Below are positions 54,479-64,000 of a DNA stretch of 64,000 nucleotides, one piece after another. Made by a program: the position numbers and the translations under genes. Under the pieces are notes generated by a model that saw only the letters and a list, made by a program, of their open reading frames with translations, did no database searches and was not told the DNA's origin. This DNA is from Tubiluchus corallicola (lineage: Eukaryota > Animalia > Priapulida), in NCBI GenBank assembly GCA_030141605.1, contig JAQGDQ010000689.1, positions 1 through 64,000 on the forward strand, given 5' to 3'. How positions within the stretch are numbered: position 1 is the first letter of the stretch; each line of letters begins with the position of its first letter.

Positions 54479-57370
54479 ATGGAGGTTGAAATGATTATTT
54501 TAGTTATCATCGTTTTATTATTAATTTTGTTGGGTTTGACAGTTCTGGCTTTGCTGTCGTACTATGGTTTGTTTCACGAAATCAAGTTCGGCGCCGGAAA
54601 ACCTCCAATACGCAATGTGGAGGTGGCATACAAAGCTGGCACAGGTCCTTATAGTTATAATAATGCAGGGAAATTGTTTTGCCAGCTTGCTCGACATAGA
54701 ACAACTCAAAGAACAATTGGAGTGTACTATGACGACCCAAAGCAGGCATGTCCTACGTTTTTGTTTTATTCCGCCTTTTTGTGTTAGCTGATTTTTAAAT
54801 TCCATACATTACAAAGCAGAGGTTGCATTGCTAGTCTTGATAATATAATTTTATTTTGGAATGTCTATACTGTAGTATTTTAAATTTTTTATAAAAATCA
54901 GAAGAATGTTTACAATTCTACTATTATTCAGGATTCAACAAGGAAGTTACTGGCAAATGATGAGTCATAACTGAAAAACAAAGAAACAATGAGTTAATAC
55001 AATTTCAAAATTTGACTCTCAGTACCCGCTAATTATGTGATGATGGTAAATTCACTATTTGATTCTAATACATGAATAATCACCTTGAAAGATAATTAAT
55101 GACCCCCTTACTATTTTCAGGTTGCTGCTCATAAGCTGCGTTTTCTTGCTGGCATGATTCTTGCCGAAGGTGACGAGGAACCGGACGAATCTCTCAAGGA
55201 AACTCTGAAGGCCGACGGCTATTCGTTCTGTAGCTTTCCGTCTTTGACCCACGCTGTCACTACCACATTTCCAAACAAGGGCCTGCTGTCCATATTCATG
55301 GCCGCGACGCGAGTTTATCCGAAAATCTTCGAATATGTACAGGCATGCAATATTTGTTTCATTGTTCAAATTTTGCCATTTGCAAGTGGTGTAGTTAATT
55401 GAGAAATTGCACATGTATTTTATGGGACTGTATTGATACACTTAGGGCTCAATATGATACGTATCATGATACGCCCGAGTCAACGTCTACAGCAGGGGTG
55501 TGCAAATTATCTGACTAGTCGGGCCACATTAAACTTTCCCACAATTCCTGTGGGCCACAGGCAGTTTGATCAAGGAGCCAAGTACAGTATGACCTAATAA
55601 CGATTTTTTTGCATCCAACCTGCGTACATCATTACTACTACACTCAAGAAACTATTTTAGAAGTTATTAAAATTTATATTACAAACCATATATTTCTACT
55701 TTCAGGACAGATAGTGGTAATTTCATTACAATGCATATTAGTAATGTGTATCACACAGTCTGTGTAGTACAGTGACATTAAGCTACTACCGTCTTGTAAG
55801 GGTTAATGGCATCCGATCTAGTAGAAAAAACTAACCGCACTATCTTTGGGATCGTGGCACGGACTTCAGCTGGATACACTCAATTAATCGCCCGGGCCGC
55901 ACTTTCTTTACGTTGACAAATCTCTTTGCGGGCCGCAAGTGGACGAGGGCCGCAGTTTGCACACCCCTGGTCTACAGGATAAAAAACTAGATGATGCCAT
56001 TGACAAAAATGCTAAACTTACTTTATCAGTCAACAGTTTTAGGAATACTGCCTGCCACATCAGTCTAGTAATTCTGTTGTTTCACATGGACTTTACTTAA
56101 TTATGCATTAATTTTTGGATAGAGTGATTTACTGGCAGGATCTTACTTAGGAACAAGAAAAAATGAACTAGGTAAGTTTCTAGCTAGCTGGTAAAACTGT
56201 TACTGTTATAACAGCATGGGCTGCGAGGCATTGTCAAGTGTACGCAAATGCGTTGTCTGGTACACTTAACCTCTGACCTTTTCACAATTATCGTCAGTCA
56301 CCGCATACAGCTTGAGTCATAGAACCCTAAATTCACATCAATTCAGTACTGAACTTTAGCTATGCAACTCATGTAAGTCTTAAAATGCATGTAGCTTGCT
56401 CAGAACTTCAGCTTTCACTTTCATACAGTCACTTGTTAAGAAACCTAAATCTTAATTTAAACATCGAAATTGTTTTTCTGTTCAGAAGTCATTGTTTTTA
56501 CATTGTTTTTACAATGGCTGTTTATCAGCAACAATTCACTGTGCTTTATCTTGGCAGGCATTATAACGGGGTATTTTATTATGTAAAATGGACTCTTGGC
56601 ACAGCAGATATGTTGCCGGATGTTTTTAGGCAAAGTTGTAGTAAGGAGGACCTGTTAAATTATGTTAAAAGCATTAGATTATAGTAGATAATTATGTTGA
56701 TGAATGCTGGCATGAAGCCCAGTTAATGAGTGGTGTCACGTGAGTAAGTGATTCAGAACCGAAGCGTCGAAGCTCGGCGCACGATATATAAGCCTTGTGA
56801 TGCGCCCAGCTCAGGGATTGAGTCTGGGAGCTGAAGGAGAGCAGGCTAGATCAGGGGGCTTGGCATTACTATCTGTTATATTTATTGTGTTTGATGTTCA
56901 ATAAACGTGTAGTTTTATAATCAGACTCTTCATAGTTTTGCCATCTCTAAATCATTAATAATAAGCTATATACAACCAATTCAACGAATTATTTTACTGT
57001 TATCGGTATTCCCTATATTTGATATGTCATGGTTGGTATTCCCTATATTTGATATGTCATGGAAATCGGGCAACACTTGATGTTATGCTGAGGCTGGCGG
57101 TATAGCGGGGTTTGACTGTACCAATAAAACACGTCTTATTTTTAGGAGCATCAACTATGTGCACATCCCATGATTGAAATCTACGTCGGCGACACGATAC
57201 ATTTCATGGCTCCGTTGTCGAAACACGACGAATTCTACGTCCCCGAGGTGAAAGAGATAAGCGAAAGCGAAGGGGACGACTCCGAGAATGTGGAAGAGGA
57301 CGGAGGCGACGTTTGTGCGGCCCGTGAACCGACTCGTCAACCTAATGAAAGTGCGGCCCCGGGTGACTAA
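54479..57370 (+). CDS. TEX264: TEX264 homolog (N-terminal TM helix plus GyrI-like domain), about 237 aa, 3 exons
   Basis: join(54479..54745,55121..55342,57146..57370). Contains an N-terminal TM helix, AGKPPIRNVEVAYK..GPY, IGVYYDDP|V..KLRFLAGMILAEG, FSFCSFP-like segment followed by HAVTTTFP, and RVYP..|LCAHPMIEIY..IHFMAPL..EFYVPEV. Both donors are GC (CAG|gcatg). Confidence 0.9.
55493..55969. mobile_element. hAT (Charlie-like) MITE in TEX264 intron 2, 8-bp TSD gtctacag
   Basis: gtctacag|caggggtgtgcaaa ... tttgcacacccctg|gtctacag, with subterminal gggcc(g/a)ca motifs. Confidence 0.9.
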
Positions 57371-57522
57371 TTGAGTGTATCCAGCTGAAGTCCGTACCAC
57401 GATCCAAAAGATAGTGCGGGTAGTTTTTTCTGCTAGATCGGATGCCATTAACCCTTACAAGACGGTTGTAGCTTAATGTCAATGTACTACACAGACTGTG
57501 TGATACACACTACTCATATCAT
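57316..57522 (-). mobile_element. Partial inverted copy of the intronic hAT MITE, overlapping the TEX264 stop codon and 3' UTR
   Basis: Reverse-complement match to about 55730-55936, including tgcggccc motifs and taattgagtgtatccagctgaagtccg...acacagactgtgtgatacaca. Confidence 0.85.
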
Positions 57523-57608
57523 TTTATTTATTGTTTATTTATGTGTACAATATTGTATTTTGATGTGTAAAATAAAATTCATAGTTCATAGTTCCGTCTT
57601 TCTTTTAA

Positions 57609-57639
<31 letters not shown>

Positions 57640-58129
57640 TCTTTCTTTCTAAGAGAGGGAGGGAGAGAAAAATCAATAAATCAATGAAAAATGCATTACT
57701 TTTTTACATAGTAGGTAGCCCATCACGCAGTCAGCTAGCCTCTTTCCTCAGGAAAAACAATAAAATTTTACTTACAAGAAAACTGAACAGGCATTTGCAA
57801 GTACATAATGCTTATTGCTACAATTTTTTTCCTTTTCATGAAACGTTGACTAGTGGCTGCCAGCGCCAAGTACAGTGCTACAAATTGGAAAACTGGCGGA
57901 AGAACGCGATGAGCTAAAAAAGCTCAAGTTGACCAAGGGATTACCCAGAATAAAAATCACAGCAGTAAGCAGCAGTACACCTAAGCTTCCAAAAAAGCGA
58001 GGAGAAAGAGATCAGATGCCAAAACGAGTAGATTCAAGATTCAAGAGTTTTATTCATTTTCCACATTGCATCATTACAATTAGCATTAAAATACAGATAA
58101 TTTTCCATTTGAGTAAATATAAATATGAA

Positions 58130-58625
58130 TAAATGCAATATTTTTAAGAAATTACATAATGCGGGATATACATGTGCAAATTTCATTACAGAATAATTTT
58201 TTGATGCATACAGTTTGAGCCTAAAAGCATAGCTTGACAGGCCAAACTGTATGTGGAAATCTTAAAAAAAAATGGGGGGGAGTAGTGAATGAAAGATGAA
58301 ATGGAGCGAGAAACTAAGAAAAACTGTGATCATGGTTACAAAGTGTTCAGTATCCTGTTAAACATAGTCACGTTATATTAAGATTACTGTAGCAAAAAAT
58401 GCAGGTTATTACCATTATCAAATTGTGTTACTCTTTAATACTTTTGAAATATTTCTTTTCTGACAGTTTTTTTAAAAGTTAAAAGGGAGTGACTACATTT
58501 CAAATTGCGGCTTAGTCTGTTCCATAGGACTGGCCCCATATAGCTCATGAAGTGTTTCGCCATATTTGTTCTACAACGTCTTGGTATATATTCATTATGT
58601 CTGGTATTGTATTTTTTTACATTTA
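58130..58625 (-). mobile_element. CR1/L2-type LINE 3' fragment
   Basis: KYNTRHNEYIPRRCRTNMAKHFMSYMGPVLWNRLSRNLKCSHSLLTFKKTVRK, followed by a 3' UTR. Confidence 0.8.
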
Positions 58626-58750
58626 TCTTGACTGGATTTTCAAAAAAAGTAGGAGTATTAACACGCCAGGTAAGCAAAACGTCTGAAGATTTATGCCTAA
58701 ATCGGGTCGAAAAGAATCCGAGAGTGATTAGTCACCAAACTGAGCAGCTG

Positions 58751-59581
58751 ATGCCTACACAACAAGGTGACAGAGAAATGAGTGCTTGTAATACAGCGGA
58801 AATAACCTTGGATTCAGCATCTAATTTAGCTGGACAAGTGCAGCCTACTTCAGACATTCAAAAATTTGTAGAAGGTTTCCAGAAGCAACTGACGTTTATT
58901 AGTAGCAAAGTTGTGAGGATTGATGACCTTATGGGAGAACTTGCTGAGGTAACCAAGTCGCAAGATTTTCTAAGCCACAAATTTGATGGTTTTCAAGAAC
59001 AAGTGAACAAATATCAACAAGACATGGAACATTTGAGAGATGAAAACAAGGTACTGAAAACTACTGTTAAAACATTACAAAACAGAATAAAAACTACCGA
59101 AAGTGAACTAGACAAACTAGAACAATATGAGCGTAGAGACACATTGGATATAGCTGGAATTCCTATAATTCCTCATGAAGTTACAAATGACATAGTGCTA
59201 AGTGTAGCCAGAAATATGGGAGTGGAAGTGCACCCGCAAGATATTAGTACATCATATAGATTGGCAGCACCTAAAAATGGAGGGCCTCCACGAATTATTG
59301 TAAAATTCGCAAGACGTGACAAACGGGATGAACTTTATGGTGCTAGAAGAAATGCCGGAAGCACTAAAAATCTTGACTATGCATCGTATACTGATAACCA
59401 GATCTACATCAACGAATCCTTGACTTCAACAAGGAGAAAACTACACAAACAATGTAGGGACTATGCTAAGGACCACAAAATGAAGTGCTGCTGGACAAAA
59501 TACGGGAAAATGTTCTTGCGAAGAGATGATTCAAGCCAAGTCATTGAAATTCAATGTGAGGAGGACCTAGGTAAACTTTAA
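58751..59581 (+). CDS. LINE ORF1 protein (coiled coil, RRM-like and CTD domains)
   Basis: Motifs LDKLEQYERRDTLDIAGIP, YRL..PRIIVKF, IYINESLTSTRRKL and WTKYGK. The start codon is uncertain, because the 5' part of the listed ORF overlaps another LINE fragment. Confidence 0.8.
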   Translation: MPTQQGDREMSACNTAEITLDSASNLAGQVQPTSDIQKFVEGFQKQLTFISSKVVRIDDLMGELAEVTKSQDFLSHKFDGFQEQVNKYQQDMEHLRDENKVLKTTVKTLQNRIKTTESELDKLEQYERRDTLDIAGIPIIPHEVTNDIVLSVARNMGVEVHPQDISTSYRLAAPKNGGPPRIIVKFARRDKRDELYGARRNAGSTKNLDYASYTDNQIYINESLTSTRRKLHKQCRDYAKDHKMKCCWTKYGKMFLRRDDSSQVIEIQCEEDLGKL

Positions 59582-59638
59582 AACTCAACACAAGGTGTTA
59601 TTGCATCACAAAATTTTATATTCTAGCATAATTAATTA

Positions 59639-62600
59639 ATGGAAAAATTTCCATGTGTAACCTGTTGTAAACCTTGTAAAAATAACCAAAAATGTGTCTG
59701 TTGTGACGTTTGTAACATGTGGGTACACCTTAAGTGTACCATGCTGAATGTGAATGAATTTAATCACTATGCTGTGTCTTCTGATAATTACTTTTGTTTA
59801 AAATGTATAAATGAATCTTTGCCTTTTCAGTGTATTGATGATGCTGATTTATGCGAATTGTTTTCAAATCTAACAAATGTATACTGTCTGTCTTCTTTAC
59901 TTGATTTTCCTTCACTCGCAAAACCAAAATGGGATGATGCTGATCCTGATGCACATCTTACCAGGTTTGATAGTAAATACTATAGTTTGCATACACTAGA
60001 GACAAATTCTAATCTAAAAAAGTCTAACAATGATTTATTAATAGTACATTTTAATCTCAATAGTATTCAGAAGAGATTTTCTAATATGCTAGATGTACTC
60101 ATGCACTTTACTGTTCCTCCTGATATTATTGGAATATCGGAAACAAGATTGAACGAAATTAATCAATCTTTTATAACGAGTTTACCTAACTATACTTTCT
60201 TGCATGTTGATTCTAAAACTTGCGCAGGTGGCGTAGCTATTTATCTTAAATCGGGCTTGAGGTATACAGTAAAAGATGAGTACAAAATTAATTGTGATAC
60301 AGAAATAGTAACTACAAGTAAAAATGGTAATAGCATTACTCAAAAATCACGTATACAAGTTGAGGATATGTGGCTTGATGTTGAAGTACCTGGTAAAAAG
60401 AAACCAATCACATTTGGAGTGATCTATCGACACCCACATACCAATGTCCATCATTTTCACAGCGAGATGGACTCTATGTTAATGCCATTAATGAGTCAGG
60501 AAAGACTTGTTATATCTGTGGCGATATTAATCTAAATCTTATGCAAATAGAAGAAAAAACATTTATTGCAGATTATTTGAATTTACTTTACTCTAATCAG
60601 TTTTTTCCATTAGTAACACGGCCAACTTGAATAACCAACCATTCTCAGACACTTATTGACCATATATATACAAATAGTCTATCTAATTATATCTGGTATT
60701 ATACTCTATGAAGTGTCGGATCATCTACCAGTGTTTGCTATTATTAAAAATATTGGTAACTTAATAGTTAAAAAGAAAATTTAAATCAGGGATAAACGGA
60801 ATTTTAACATGATTTTATTTCTGGAGGATTTGCAAAATAAGATCGATGCTGTTGATTTTTCCGAGGTGCCAACTAATTCTGCCTTCTGTACCTTTTTCCA
60901 AATATATCAAGAACTTCTTAATAAACATGCCCCACTTAAGACATTGTCAAGAACTGAAAAAGTAACTTTCTCCAAGCCATGGTTAACTAAAGGTATTCTT
61001 GTGTCAATAAAAACTAAAAGTAGATTATACAAGGACTGTAAGACTACAACTAGTATCTTAAAAATTAATCAATATAAACAGTTTTCTAATAAACTTAATC
61101 ATCTCATAAATTTAGCCAAAAGAAATTATTATTGTACTTTACTACATGATAATAAAACTAATATTAGAAAGACTTGGGCAACATTGAATGATTTGATCAA
61201 TGGACAAAACAAGCAGCGCATAACTCCAACTAAACTAGTAATAAATCATGCTGAGATTACGGAACCCCCTGCTATCTGTGAATTCATGAATAATTATTTT
61301 GCATCGGTTGGTTCTGATATGGTAAAAAAAGTGCCATCTACTCCAATAACATTTGATTCTTTCCTTAGAATGCCTAATCAGAACTCCTTCTTTTTTGCGC
61401 CAATTATCGAGTATGAAGTTTCCTGTGCTATTGCTGCATTAAAAACCAATAAATCACCAGGACCCGAAAACATCTCGAATCGGTTTTTTAAAATTTCACA
61501 GTCCATTATAACTCCATTATTAACTATGCTGTTCAATAAATGTGTAGAAGGGGGTATCTATCCTGACGTGTTGAAAATTGCAAAAATAATCCCGATTTAC
61601 AAATCTGATTCTCCCATTAATCCCACTAATTAACAATATCTCTCGTATCTCCCATATCAAAGATTTTTGAAAAATTAATTTACTCTAGGCTAGCTAATTT
61701 TTTTTTAAAAGAACAAATTTTAACTAAATTCCAATTTGGATTCAGAAAAAATCATTCTACATCTTTAGCTGTGTCAGAAATAATTGAAAACTTTCTTGCG
61801 AATATTGATAATACGAAAACTGCTTGTGCTACATTTTCAGATATATGGAAAGCATTCGACACGGTACAACATGGCATTTTGTTGTATAAGTTATCATACT
61901 ATGGTATCAGGGGATGTCCACTTGCGCTTTTCACGTCTTACCTTACTAATAGGAAACAGTTTACGTCTATTGACTCATCGGATTCTAAACTTGCTGATAT
62001 AACCTGTGGTGTCCGACAGGGTTCTACATTGGGGCCATTGTTATTTCTTTTATATATTAACGATCTGCCATCTTGTTCGCAATTTAACACCAGATTGTTT
62101 GCAGACGATACAAACTTATTTTTATCACACCAAAATATCAAAACATTAGAACATTCAGTAAATATTGGAACTGGACAATATTAATAAATGGATGCAAGCA
62201 AATAAGCTATCGATAAATTATAAAAAAACAAAATATATGTTAATTGGAAACAAGCAACATAACAATAGTTTAAACATGAATATGGGAGGTTGTAATATTC
62301 AATCTACCCAAGAAATCAAATATCTTGGCATATTTATAGATAGTAGAATTACTTGGAAAACACATGTACAGCATATAATCAACAAAATTAGCAAATTAAG
62401 TGGTGTATTAGCTAGAATATGACACTACATAAATGTAGATGCACTACGGCTCTTATATTCTTCTCTTGTCATGCCATATCTGAGTTATGGCATTCTCGCC
62501 TGGGATAGTGCTTCAGCATCGGTCTTAAAATCATTGATTTCTAAACAAAACAAGATTATCAAACTTATAATATTTACTAGCAAAAGGGAACATGCAACAC

Positions 62601-62926
62601 CTTTGTATTTGCAATTAAATCTACTAAAAGTATATGTTCTGTATAAATTAGAATTGCTCAAGTTTGTATATCAATTCAAAAACAATTCACTTCCGGATCT
62701 CTTCAGCAATTATTATACTTTAGCATGTCACATGCATCACCACTCTACTAGGTTTGCTACTACCCAATCTTATTTTATTGAAAGATTTAACTCATCTAAA
62801 GGCCAGAATTCTTTAAAAAACCAAGGATCTTTGCTGTGGAATTCATTATCAGACCAGTTAAAGTCAAGTAACTACAAAAAGTTAATTCTAAACTATAAAA
62901 AACAACTTATTGCAGGATACAAATGA
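59639..62926 (+). pseudogene. LINE ORF2 (PHD finger, APE endonuclease, reverse transcriptase), disrupted
   Basis: PHD CxxC...CCDVCNMWVHLKC...CLKC. APE motifs DIIGISETRL, GGVAIY, IYRHP and SDHLP. RT motifs KAFDTV, GVRQGSTLGPLLFLLYINDL and FADDT. Several frameshifts and stops. Confidence 0.92.
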
Positions 62927-64000
62927 ATGAGACATTTTACTTATGTACTTGTAATACTATACATATTTTTTTCATTGTTACGACACTTTAAGTTTTTGTT
63001 ATATTTTGATTTCATTTTGTCTGATTTACAGTTGATATAGTTTTTCGATGGTTTAATTTATTATATTTTCTTTCTCGACAATTTCAGTCATTGATGTTAT
63101 TATTACAACATTTCAGTTTTGTTTTTTCTTATTTGCTTCTGTTTTTTGTTTTGTTTTGTATGATTTATAGTTGCCTTATTTTTCCTTGGTTTAATTTATT
63201 ATATTTTTTTCTCGACAGCTTTGGTTGATCATTCTACTGTTTTTTGTTTTTTCTGCCGGATTTTTTAGTTAATGCTCAAATTATGCATTTCTTTCTGTTA
63301 TGTTAAAAATCTTAAGTTATTTTTATTATGTTTGCTTCGCATGATTCACAGTATTTTAGAATTGTAAATCTTTCGTTATTTAAACTATATGTTCTACAGT
63401 ATTACGATACCCATCATTTAATTGCCGAATACACACATCAACCGAATACAAATTTAAATTGAGAACGATGCCATAATTAATTTTATTTAATCATAGCTAT
63501 TTAAGGGTGGCTGACTAGATAACTTACGGGTTCTTCGCTGCCGTTCTCCTTTGCTTCGAAATATTGCATGTATTCCTGATACTGTATTTTTATCATTCTT
63601 GCGGAGTTGATAAATAAATTGAATTGAATTAATGCAAATGAGGGACATAATCTGTCCGGACTCAGTTGCAAAAAAATTTCGCGGCCGGCCACGTTCTATT
63701 TTCCTTTAGAAGAGTGTTACACACTACACAGTAGTAATGTAGGGAGCCGAGTAATCCACTAGGCCAAGTAGGACACTTCCGGTAAAACCCATGTGCTAAA
63801 AGTAGTGTCCTACATGGGCAGCCCAAGTAGGACACTAGCGATTTTTGTCGAGAATCGGTAATTTTGTCAAATTTTTAAAAATTCTGTGAAGGTTTCTTCA
63901 TTTTATTAAAAATTGTGCTTGTTGGTTGAGTTGTCGTCAGTTTGGCGTCATGAAAACTTGCTTGACCAGGTGTTTAACTCAGCATGCAGTACGCAGCTAT

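Larger units (their letters stand above)
58630..63631 (+). mobile_element. Near full-length, decayed CR1/L2-group LINE retrotransposon
   Basis: ORF1, then ORF2 (PHD-APE-RT), a long T-rich 3' UTR and an ending aataaattgaattgaatt. The 5' boundary is approximate. Confidence 0.9.

Overview
This is eukaryotic, most likely invertebrate animal, genomic DNA: AT-rich, with spliceosomal introns, many repeats and one 735-N assembly gap. I reconstructed these host genes by hand: the last exon of a carbohydrate sulfotransferase; an intronless 948-aa secreted Cys-rich protein with a 356-aa internal duplication; a 3-exon secreted prokineticin/astakine (colipase-fold) peptide; three tandem spliced Arg/Ser-rich protamine-like genes that the ORF track misses; and a head-to-head GTF3C6 / TEX264 pair. 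The most notable structure is the protamine-like cluster. Each copy carries an RFX X-box exactly 122 bp before its ATG, and the cluster lies between two outward-facing Helitron-like 3' ends and a wider inverted duplication. Beside it is a 12-kb higher-order array whose unit also carries X-box/CRE motifs upstream of a small MGC-starting ORF. TEX264 appears to use two GC-AG introns and to have a hAT-MITE-derived C-terminus. The rest is LINE remnants (CR1/L2, RTE), piggyBac and hAT MITEs, a 5S-derived copy and satellites. All homology calls come from recognising motifs by eye; no searches were run.
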